NCBI GenBank assembly: GCA_038496445.1
Contig: JALMLS010000305.1
Coordinates: forward strand, 1 to 64,000
Direction of reading: 5' to 3'
Length of the DNA stretch: 64,000 bases
Source: Trichosphaerium sp. ATCC 40318
Lineage: Eukaryota; Protista; Tubulinea
Shown here: positions 50,046-61,149 of the stretch, in pieces
Numbering within the stretch: the stretch's first letter is position 1
How the letters are laid out: the number at the start of each line of letters is the position of its first letter
Notes under the pieces: generated by a model
What the model was told of the DNA's origin: nothing
Seen by the model: only the letters and a program-made list of their open reading frames with translations
The model's database searches: none
Position numbers and translations under genes: made by a program

Positions 50046-53000
50046 ATGAGCACCACAGCTTTATTTGTCCTCCTTGTATCGTTGTCTTTAGTAGCTTATA
50101 CACTCTCTCAAGAGAACAATGCATATATAACTAGTGAGGGTTTGTTCAACGACTTTGAAATACGATCCATAGAAAATACATCACTCATCCTACACAGTAC
50201 GCTACAACAAAGACACCAAAATGTCGACGTTTCATTTTGACTAGTCCGCCTTTTTATGCTCATAAATGAGTTTTTATGCGTATACTAGCTATTTAAAGGC
50301 GGTAGTATTGTTTTTCGAAAACATTTGCGTACAAAAAAAAATCAGGTTTAGTGTACTAACCGAGTTTTCTTGCGTTTTTATCAAAACCTCAGTACAAAAA
50401 TTTAAATAAGGCGCATGTGGCCTTGTGTACGCGAGACCACACTAAGCCAACCTTTTAGAGAATTTTTCGCTAAGCAGTTGAATGTGCTACGGCGTAAGCC
50501 CTACATGCTTTGAATCTACAGGGTAAGTATAAGAGCTTAATATACAACTGTAGCCGTGAGAAAAAATAAATACGTTTAACTGTTTTAATGGTATGACGTT
50601 ATTGTAAAATGTGAAAATCTCCTAGCTAGGTATTTGTTGTTCATCACATATGCCTTAAAAGTGTATAAAGAGTAGTAGTGCATCGAACCTGAGCGTACAC
50701 ACTAAAATGATAGTTGTGGCTCCGCTAAAAACGTCAAGTTCAGCTCATTGATCTTTATTAGCGATATAAAACCCAGCTAAACGCTTTTCATTTGTGTATA
50801 GTGCGCTTTTTCCAAAAATGTTTACAGTTTTTTTTCTCTTTCTAACTTATGCAACATCCCAAACAGCCAAAAACGATGTATTGTATTCGCAATGTGCATG
50901 TAGTATGTGAGTATCATTTTTGGCTGTTTGGGATGTTGCATAAGTTAGTGAACAAAAATTTTTTCTAAACTGCGTTGTTTGCGACCTCACGTCAGGTATA
51001 AGTAGTACATCACTGTTTAAGAGGATTTGGCCTATTCATTTGACGGTAAAAGGTGTTGATGCTCTTAAATAAGGAATTAAAAGTTCCTTTTTTGCTGAAA
51101 AGATGACGACACATATTTTCTGTGATAATTACGCATAATGTACATATTGTGCATCTCTTTTAAGATCCTCCCCTTGAAATACAAACCTTAACCTATCATG
51201 TATGGCAGTTTCAGGAGAGTAGCTGACTGCTGTGTGGTTGACACATTTTTTACTTTTTCATCAACTGCTTAGAGAAAAATTCTCTACTTTTGACTTGATG
51301 CACAAAAAGTGCCAACTTTAGTAAACCATAACACTAAGCGTTTTGTTAAGCTTGTGAAGGACCAGGTGCTGCAAGTCTGTCTTATTTACCAGCGACACGA
51401 ACATTATTCGTTCTAACATTGGGGAGAGATATATTGCAAGTAGATCCATACACGTGTGAAGTAAAGGCATGCTTCATCATTTGCAATTTAAGTAGTTGTA
51501 TTTTTTACACTTTTACAGAGTTCTTGTCAAGTAAGCATCGTTTTTCGGGGCATTGCTGTCGACAAGGCGACACAAATATTATATGGAGTAACAAATGGCG
51601 GTTTAATAGCTCAGATTGACGCAACAGATTGCTCCTTCTCTTTTGTGAACTGGAATCAATATTTCCACTACAACTTTTCAGAATTAGTTCACGTGAGTCT
51701 TTACATAATGGACGTTTGCTAATCAGTTTGTTTTCAAAAACAGTTGAAATACTCGGAGATAAAATGTACATTATGGAAGAGAAAATAGCTATAGCTCCTT
51801 TAACGGGACCTTTATCTTGTTTTATTATTGAAACGGTTGAAATTCCCGTATTTGTTCTTGGAGGCGGTAAAACATATTTTAAATTAGTATCTCGATATTG
51901 AAGTTACTTTAGATATTACGGCAGTATCAAATAATGAAATAGTTGGAACTGGCTTTATAAGAGAGTTTACTATGGACATTGCGTCTTCTGTTACAACTGC
52001 TTTTAACTCATCGTTGCCTGCGGGAGCTATTTCTTCAATGTTCTTTGAAGGACTATTGCCACCTCCATTAAATACAACTGTGGCCCCTGTTGCGCCAGTA
52101 GTACCAACCCCACCTCCAACAATAGCACCTCAAGGTGGTGTGGTAAACGCTTTTATTACAGGAATAGACACAGGATTTGAGTATCGGTCGCTCTCAAACA
52201 CAAGTAATATCTTAGCGTGTACGATTATGTTTTCAACGATCATCCAACTAATGATACAATAGCATGTAATAATTCCAAGTATGGAGGAGATCCTGTAGCT
52301 CTAGAGTATAGTTTTGTACTTGATAGAGTGTTATACATACCGCATGATAGCAGAAAATTACTCTTAATTGATCCCTACACATGTGAGATTGTACGTCAGT
52401 ATTTTTAGACTGTCGACGCGGCAGACACAAAACGCTTCTGTATTCCTGGAACATTCTTCTTCATTTAAATCCAGTTTACTCAGATCTTCTACGCGATACG
52501 GTTAAGGCCGCTGTCCGCTTAACTGTCTTTTTAGGACAAGACATGCACGATCATTGTTCCTATGAAAGGATTGATGGTAGATAAAGAAAGTGGCAAAATA
52601 TACGCTTTAGGGGATAAAGCTTCACTGTTTGTTTATGAGATAAATGTAGAAAATTGTAAAGTGAGAACAGTTTGTGCTGCTTCTAGATCTTCAAGACTTA
52701 GTGGTACGTCTTTTGTGAAACAAACCAAGAAGATATACTTTCAACAAAAATATAATCTAAAACTTGACAGGAGTGATTGTCAATGGTACTCTGTACCATA
52801 GTTCTTGGAAAGATACATTGGAAGTTATGCCAGTTCTTCTACTTGGGTCTTGTCAAGTAGCACAGTCAATTGCAACAGTTAGGTGTCAAATTATTGGTAT
52901 GTTACAAACACAACCATTGTACTAATTCAATTCATTCAGGAATGACAGCAATATCAGCAAATACTTTAATTGGTTCGTGCCATAATGACAAATATGTATC

Positions 53001-53301
53001 TATTGATATTGATACTGGCGTTGTAAATGAGGTGACACCTATTCTTCAAAATAACGGGACCGAAGCACTATCTTCAATTAATTTTATTCCTCCACCAGTG
53101 GCACCAACAACAAACACTCCAACTAATGCAAGTCCATCAACCGCAGCTCCAACATATACACTTACTATTGAACCCACATCAAGCAATACATCAGAACCTA
53201 CTGCACCAACGAATGCTAGTATAAAAAGTGCAAGCAATAGTATTGTTATGACTTTTTCGTCACTATTCTTCACTGTTTTGTTGCTCTTGGCACTAAAGTA
53301 A
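50046..53301 (+). CDS. Secreted/GPI-type surface protein with two tandem homologous beta-rich domains and Pro/Thr linkers
   Basis: Signal peptide; duplicated motifs NAYIT..FEIRSIENTSLIL / NAFIT..FEYRSLSNTSNIL and VDPYTCEV / IDPYTCEI; hydrophobic tail SSLFFTVLLLLALK*. First intron about 1.15 kb. Confidence 0.7.
50842..50948. repeat. Intronic inverted repeat: 36-bp arms (35/36 complementary) with 35-nt loop; pre-miRNA-like hairpin or MITE
   Basis: CTAACTTATGCAACATCCCAAACAGCCAAAAACGAT (50842-50877) vs ATCATTTTTGGCTGTTTGGGATGTTGCATAAGTTAG (50913-50948). Confidence 0.9.
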
Positions 53302-53719
53302 CGTAAAAAATGACCAGAAAAAAACAATAAAACAAATACCTTAGTTTTACGTCTGAAACTTCTTTCTTTCTCAATTTTTTCTTATGCTGGAAGGGAAAAG
53401 TCATAGCTCTCTTGTTGGGACGATTAGTACTCCAATGTTACTGGAGAATAGAAGATACAATAAAACGGTTTCTCTCAACTAACCAGAGAACAGCTTGAGA
53501 CATACCTTCAGCCTGGAAAAATTGTTGCTATCCACGCTTGATAGTTTGTATATACCATGTAAAACGTGTTAAATACAATAATAATTTTAAACGGTTGTCA
53601 AATGAAATTCGGTTAACCTACTTGCAGCGTTCCAAAGCCTCTGTATCTATTATTGGAGCGGTAGTAAACACAATAAAGTATTTAGCGTTGACAATCAAGT
53701 GTTTTGGTGCCTTTTACAG

Positions 53720-54009
53720 ACTCAATGATGAAGAGTGATGTGTACATCCGTAAGGACTTGTATGCTAACATTGTCCTCTCTGGAGGTTGCACAATGATTC
53801 ATGGTATTGAAGATCGTATGCATACGGAAACGATAGATCACGCTGCTCCAGGATACAATATAAGAGTAGTAGCTATGCCAGAGAGAAAACATGCCGCTTG
53901 GATTGGCGGTTCCATTCTTGTTTCTCTTTCTAATTTTCAGGAGAAGTGTATTACCAAACAAGATTACGATGAATATGGGCCATCTATTGTACACAAAAAG
54001 TGCTTGTAA
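53720..54009 (+). pseudogene. Divergent actin C-terminal fragment (about the last 95 residues); truncated gene or pseudogene
   Basis: [46 protein letters not shown] align to the actin C-terminus. Only ~420 bp separate it from the previous gene's stop, too little for the missing ~280 codons. Confidence 0.7.
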
Positions 54010-54306
54010 CGAGTATGCAGAAAAAAAAACCTGCTACCATCACGTGAATGTAAACTGCTTTCCATCTTTAAGTTCTTTTCGAAACTTGTCTCTGACTTGT
54101 TCGCCAACCGCTGTTTGTAAAGTTTCACGTGTTATTACTTATAAGTCATATCCGTACAGGATCTTTAATTTCTAATTTAACACTAACCCTAGGCATAAGT
54201 GTAAGCCCGAGAGTCTCTGATCATAGCTAAGTTTGTTGCTAAGGCAGATAGCTGTTTTACTTAAGCGTACAATAGTATTCCTACAACACCATTTGCAGAT
54301 AAAGCG

Positions 54307-55641
54307 ATGCTACGTTCTTCAAAGTATGTCTTCTGCCTACGTCTTAGGCTGTTTATCGCTCAATTAAGCAGAAACCCGTTTTATTGCACTGATACTATTC
54401 ATAGGCCGTTGGTATTGCTTTGGCTACCGACAGAAATTATATTTTGTATACTGGCGTTATTAGACAAGAAATGCCGTTTATCAGCAACGTTTGTTTGTAA
54501 ACTGTTCTCTACAATCATTTTAAAGCACTTGGGGTATTTAACAGTGAACGTCAAGTCAAGAGAAAGTCTGTTCAAACTACATGAAAGTCCTCTTTTAAAA
54601 AATACACAAGTGATTATTGATGGTTTTACAATGACTGAAGATGACTTTAAAAATCTATCTGGTGTTCATCACCTTGAAATAAACATAATTATGTCATTAT
54701 CAAATGCAATGCTAGAACATATTTCAGGTATACATCATCTGAAAGTGCACTTATCAAAAAGTGACTGTAGTTTCAAATCACTTCATGGTATTCATACACT
54801 AATTACAGCAGGGTATTTTACAGATACATGGCTTCAAGAAATTGGTAGCATCCATACAATCAATATTTCAGGGACAAATATAACAGATAAAGGACTTGCG
54901 GCACTCTCTGGAGTTCATACTATTAACTTATCTAATTGTGACAATATCACTGACAAAGGTGTCATTGCCATTTCAGGTAATGTACACAAGATACAGCTGA
55001 ATAGATGTGATATTACAGATAAAAGCGTAAAAGTACTAACAAATGCAAGTTTCATATCTTGTTATGGCTGCAAAAAAATTACAGATGAAGGAGTAAAGTA
55101 TCTGTTAACAAAAAATCAAACAACTCACAAAATTAAAAAAATTGTACTAGATGACTGCACTCTAATATCAAACAACGTCTTGAAACTTTTGGCTGGTATA
55201 CCTTGTATAGAGGTTTGTAATTGTATACAACTAAAAGATGATACTTTATCATGTTTGGCAGGTGTACAGCATATTGATTTGAATGGTTGTACTTCAGTAA
55301 CAAATGACGGGATAAAACAATTGGCAGGTGTAAAAGTGATTGATATTTCTTATCTTGACTGTGTTGATGATAGTACTTTAAAGGCACTTGCTGGAGTACA
55401 TACAATCATGCTTGATGGTACACATATGACAGATGAAGGTTTAGGATACTTAGTGGGTGTCAAATTCATAAGCCTTCATTATTGTGAAAAGATAACAGAC
55501 AAAGGAGTGAGCAGTCTTATTGGTGCTAAGACAACTGGTCTACAACACTGCTCTCAAATCACAAAGACGATGATTAACTATCTAGGATGCAACATATTTA
55601 ACACAAACTTTTGGCCTGTTTTTGACCACACTTGCAGATGA
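54307..55641 (+). CDS. F-box/leucine-rich repeat protein
   Basis: F-box LLWLPTEIIFCILALLD..SATFVCKLF; ~21-22-aa repeats such as VHTINLSNCDNITDKGVIAISG; a short 5' intron is possible. Confidence 0.9.
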   Translation: MLRSSKYVFCLRLRLFIAQLSRNPFYCTDTIHRPLVLLWLPTEIIFCILALLDKKCRLSATFVCKLFSTIILKHLGYLTVNVKSRESLFKLHESPLLKNTQVIIDGFTMTEDDFKNLSGVHHLEINIIMSLSNAMLEHISGIHHLKVHLSKSDCSFKSLHGIHTLITAGYFTDTWLQEIGSIHTINISGTNITDKGLAALSGVHTINLSNCDNITDKGVIAISGNVHKIQLNRCDITDKSVKVLTNASFISCYGCKKITDEGVKYLLTKNQTTHKIKKIVLDDCTLISNNVLKLLAGIPCIEVCNCIQLKDDTLSCLAGVQHIDLNGCTSVTNDGIKQLAGVKVIDISYLDCVDDSTLKALAGVHTIMLDGTHMTDEGLGYLVGVKFISLHYCEKITDKGVSSLIGAKTTGLQHCSQITKTMINYLGCNIFNTNFWPVFDHTCR

Positions 55642-56128
55642 AGGCACGATAAGGTTAGACATTTGTGTATGGATAATATGGTACACCTGACTTTTTTCTC
55701 AGCCTCTAGGAGGACGTAGATCAAAATAGGGATTTATGGTTTTGTAGAAGAAGAACGTGATAGTGTTCTTCCAATATGGAATAACATGAATAAAATGTTG
55801 AATTAACAAGGTGCAACATCTTTTTTACAAGGAAAATCACATTAAATTACTCACCAAAATTCATTAAAGAGAATGTTAAACGTGATTTTTTTTTCTGTAC
55901 GAGAGAGAGATCTTCACCCAACCAACTTCTTCTTCTTCAAAAATCTGTTATGTTATTCATGATGAAGACTAAAAAAAACAATTCAAAAGAGGAAAAAAAT
56001 AGGAAAAAAAACCCCAAAAGCGCCTCCAACCAAAGTTGCCAATGGCTGTCTGTCGACAAGGAACTTTTTTTTTTCAAGTTAAAATGTATTGAAGCTTTGA
56101 GAAGACATTTATTGACAATGAAGCACAA

Positions 56129-58427
56129 TTATTCTTCCGTAGAAGTAGCCTCTTTTGGACTGGTTCTTCGTAATACGTAAGGTACAATTGCATGTCTTAA
56201 CTTTGGCACAAAGAAAATCACAAGAAGACCAACAACCATCTAAGAGTTGTAAACGGGTTGATTACAACAAGCAAAATACTGACATACCAACACAATAAGA
56301 CCAAATACAACACCTAATATCATACCAACATTCACCTTTTCAGGCCTGCTACCGCAACTATCAGGTCTTGATGCAATGACAAATATGCTTCAGCAAAAAC
56401 AAAGTTAGTTAGATCACTACTCAAAAAGAGGGTTAAACGTACGATGAAAGTGTCCTATCAAGCCTGGCTATTACACACTCTTTTGGTTGAACCAGTGTAA
56501 TATTACCGGTTATGGTGCCTGTGTTACTTCTCATTACTTCTATGCGCATATCACCAATTGCTGTATCAGCATAATTAAAGAAATCAATGATGAATGTTGT
56601 ATCTGGTGGTATCACAATATATCCTACAGTTAATAAATTAAAACAATATCTAACTACATTGATATGTCACCTTCAACTTCAAGAAAGCCTCCTGGTGTAA
56701 TTGTAGCTGTACCAGAGTGGATGAAGTCCCCGTCTAATGTTAAAGGACTAGATAGCACTATTTGGTTTGGCAGAGTTCCAGTTGTAGGTGTGGTTGTTGG
56801 AGAAACAGAGGGCTCTACTGTATTTTCATAAGAAAACAGATTTGTAGTTAACAAATACATTACCACAATACGCTTCATTGTCACATGTGACTTGTAAATT
56901 TCGTTAGATGCTTTTAATAATGACTTTTGAACATTACCAGTTGTGTTGCACTTTTCAAAGAATGTATTTAAATAGCAGTCGCCAAGTCCACATGTGAAAT
57001 TATTTGGCATGCCAGTACAGGAAAATACAGTACCTGTGATTTCTAAAAGTGGGATTAAATCTATGTAAAGGTGTTGTGGATACCATCAAGATGCCCGTTA
57101 GACAATTTTGTGTTCCTACAAAGGAGGTAAATATTGTGCAAAGGAATTCTGATTCTCTCACCGAATTGTAACGTTGGCACTAGCCCCACGCAGCGGAATA
57201 CCACTTAGAATTGCTGAATTATTTGTTCTAAATAAGTATTGTAAAAAGGTACTGAGCAGGCAATAATACGTACACACAAGTATTATTCTCAAACACACAA
57301 GAGTCTATAACTAACTGATCAGATGCAAACACATATTCTATTTTAAGGATAGTTATTACTGATTACTGTAAGTGATAGTACGTTTGCATGTGTTCTCATA
57401 AGGTGAGCTCACTTTGTTTCTCACAAAAGTACTGTCTGTCATTTCTGTTTCACCTGCGTTTGCGTTCACAATCGCAAGATTAAACACATCAATGTCCTCA
57501 ATCATACAAGATTTAATAACAGCCTAATCAGAATGAGATTAAAAATGCAAACACTTAAGTACTCTTTCAGCTTTTCCAGTATGAATGATAGTACCTATAC
57601 TTGCCATTACTAAAAATCAAAGCATAGTTACTCTTTGGTACAAGGTGTAATACATTGTGTCCAGTTGAAAGTAATCCGAGAAAATACACAGTTTTCCAAA
57701 TGTATTACATCACTTGAAATGGACAACGCAAAAGCAGATGGCAAAACCCCTAAAGGAATATATTCAAGAACAATATCTCTAAATGTCACATCTTTAAAAG
57801 TCACATTCACGCTATTGAACAGTTGTAAGCAATGCTCTCAATAATCTTTTGTGGGTAGATGTACCAGCCTAAAGAGGACCAGGCTACACCACGTCCAGTG
57901 AATGTCATGTTTCTAAGTGAAATATATAAGCGTTGCTTTAAGTTCTTTTGTTGACTTGTACATACGTGATGGTAACATTTCCAAAGTAACGGACTTGTGA
58001 ATAACAATCTCGAATCGTAAATCCTGATAATGAGATACTAATATTGTTTCCAGCGTATAAAGAATGCTGTGTATCACACGTGACATTTACATTGTACAAA
58101 CCTAGAACAATAAATAACAAACGATGAAAGTACATACAGCTTACCATAAATGTCAACACTTTTCGTGATGTAGCTAGGTATCCACTTTGTAAGGTTACCA
58201 AAAAACAAGTTTGTTGAGTTGAGAATAAGCGTTGTGGGTTCTTCTTGTAGATAGCAACTAAGACTATTGCCACAAACGTGTTCACTTGAAGTTACGACTA
58301 CAACATAAAATTACATGCGACCGTCACGTTATTATTGGTGATAACTAATATTCGTACTTGTGGTACCGCTAGTGGAGGCCACGATAGAGAAAATCAACAA
58401 CAAAGCGCGGAAATCAAACAAATACAT
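56129..58427 (-). CDS. Type I membrane surface protein with probable beta-helix (pectin-lyase-like) ectodomain
   Basis: Signal MYLFDFRALLLIFSIVAS; repeated strands (LRNMTFTG, FKDVTFRD, LENCVFSR); Cys-rich and PT segments; TM GMILGVVFGLIVL..LLVIFFV; short tail. Confidence 0.65.
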
Positions 58428-59648
58428 TTCTTATGAAACAGGATAACTCCACGTAATACGAAAAATCCTAGTTATGTAATGTTGAATCAGACGTTACGTG
58501 CTGTCACGTGATGTTTGAGAAAAACAGTTTGAAAAAAAATGACATCCCAAAGCATTTGTGATTTGCTTATTTGCTTGTTACTATTATTGTAGTGACAACA
58601 ATTAAAAGCTTGGTAATTACAATGCGTATTTGGTATCTTAATGTTGGTGTTTCTTGTGCACTGTAACAAACAACTTTAACCCCCCCGTATACAGGCGCAC
58701 TAGTGTGTTACACGGTATGTATGAATATTAGCTCCATTTACCTTCGTAAATCCTTTTAACAGCGAAACGAAGTTTGTATTGTGAAAGAAAAAACAATCAA
58801 CAACATCAACAGATATACAGTATTGTGAGGCGATCAGTAGCCATCCGTCTTTTCACATAAAAACAACAGCCTAGACACATTTGATGTACTTCCAAGGCAC
58901 TGAACAACGACCATTTGACAATGTGGTATGATTTCGTATACAACCATTTCACAAAGAGTTGTATTTTCGGGTTTTTTTCTGTTGAGTGGCTGACAAGCGT
59001 GTATTAGCTTCGCAGGTCACAAACAGGTCAGTGCATTTCTATCCGCTGGACGGATTCTCTTGACCACACGAGCGAAGTGTTAAACACTCGGGTATTTATT
59101 GTAGTGTCTTTGAGACAGAGATTAGACACTAGTTTTGTAAAGTGTCATTACTACATTCAGTAACTCAGATCTATCACCAACTCTTCCATATCCTGTAAAG
59201 GTTCATAGCAGATTAGTCACTATAAAGCAAGTCAGGATATTAAGTAAATCCACATGGTTAATGCCAACAAGTGTTCTATGAGGATACCTAACGGGTAAGT
59301 CAAAAAGCAATACACGCCCTAATATCCAGGATTAAAAGCAAGTAAAAAGTAATAGTATTTGTAAAGCCTGAGCATACCGAACGCTCTTGGTCAAAACAAA
59401 CTTTATTGGAAGCAATATTGCAAAGTTGATTTACAGTAAGCTTAAGTTTACAAGGCACTCAGTTTATCAGATCTAACAGATCCTGACCTTGTGTTGCGTC
59501 AAAACGTTTCACTAAGCCGTAGTTGTTGTAGTTGATTTATCACTAAGCACTGACCAAGAACAACACCTGTACAGCCGTGAGATCTAGTCTAAAAAGAAAA
59601 GCTTTAAATTACTAATAGGGGCGTTCAGGGAGTTGTCAAAGTGTTATT

Positions 59649-60608
59649 TTATTCGAAGCCTAATGCAGTTTTATACATGCAACCATCTTGTACTATAGGG
59701 TTGAGAACACTTGTATCAATACCCTATAAAGTCAATATTTTAGATACTTGCTGTACTTAAAGAAAATTAAAATAAGCGTACAAGTCCTTCAATTATGCCT
59801 TTTACTTTGGTAATGAGTGCAGCTGGTGCTTTTGGTTCACGGTAGAATATCCATAAACCGCTATCGTTAATACCATCACCTTGACTGATGTTTAGTTTGA
59901 GAACTATTGTTGTTCGCCGCACCGGTTTTACATAATCCATTTGATGTGTTGATGGATGGTTGACCACCAACAACAACAGCCCATTGGTACACAAAATCTT
60001 CAATAGGGCCTGTAGCTACTACCCAGTATGGTCCGTAGAAGAATTCAGGTAACCAACAAGGTCCAACTATAGACGATAATAAGTAAAAGTAGAGTGGATC
60101 ATGTGCATGAAATAAAAACTTTCGAAATAAAGATCTGCGTACCAGAAAGTTTCGAAGATAGCTCTTTGTCTACAACAGCGCACAAGTGAGCCTCGTGGGT
60201 GCCTTTGTTTACCTGTACATTTATTAGACGCAATGGTTTTTCTGTTTTTCGGGAAAGAAGGAAAGAGATCGTACACCGCCTTGATTAGCATAGTTGTAAA
60301 CTTTAACATTTCCAACACCTTCCCCTAAGGAATAATTTGTTGATACGCAATAGATTTCATCCGCAGGCAAATATTCGATAACCATTTGCTCTTGGGCATA
60401 CCTAGCAGTCACGTGTTAGCTTTTAAAAAAGTACTAAATGAAGAAATAACTGCAAGACCAAGGAAGGCATAGAAACGCACCATTTGCCAAGGTAAGCGTC
60501 TAGCGTGAAGTTTGCTACCGGAGTAACAGTTTTACATTCGTAAGCATGTGCCACGCTTAAAAATAGTGCAGTTACAATAAAAAGAGAGCAAAGAAGGGAA
60601 GACGACAT
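59649..60608 (-). CDS. Secreted lipocalin (ApoD/Blc-like), paralogue 2
   Basis: Signal peptide; NFTLDAYLGKWYAQEQM, YGPYWVVATG, YQWAVVVGGQP, SGLWIFYREP. Confidence 0.8.
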
Positions 60609-61149
60609 GTTTCTTTCGTGTTTATCCGGTGTAATGAACACGGAGAAATACAGAAAAGGAGCCTTAAACCTCAACTGACATATAAAGTCGAAACAAAGAT
60701 TTACCGATGATGTGGCTGAGATATTTAACTATAAAATAGATGAGGTCTATTACAATTAGACTAACCGCAATAATGTTACAGCCGGCAATAGAACAGTGCT
60801 TGCCAGCATCGTTGATATAGAGCGTTGATGGCCAAGTGCGGAAAATTATTGGTTAGGCACAAGAATATTCCAAAAGTGTTTCGACGGACAAATTAACACG
60901 TGTCGCCTAATTTATACTTTTTTTCTCGCTTTGGTTACTTTCAAATTCACTGTTGTTCAAAACAAGAAATAATACGAATTTTGGGCTTTTATTCAAGAAC
61001 AAGAGGGGTTTGGGGCGATTTTTTGTGTTTTGAATAGCAGACTTGATACCAAAAAAACCAAAACTGCAATTAATCGCAGCATTGCACCCAAAAAAACTGG
61101 TCACGTGATAGATCAGGAAAAGTATTGAACGAAATTAAACATAAATAAT

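Noticed and set aside
50650-50675. ATGCCTTAAA resembling the 5' end of U12 snRNA
   Set aside because: Only 10 nt match; the branch-pairing GTAAGGA segment is absent.
57044-57082. GTATCCA donor as a third U12 intron
   Set aside because: The donor deviates at +7 and no CCTTAAC branch site follows; a U2 intron is more likely.
58700-59400. Possible decayed gene or ncRNA between the surface-protein and lipocalin genes
   Set aside because: No consistent reading frame or recognisable motif found.
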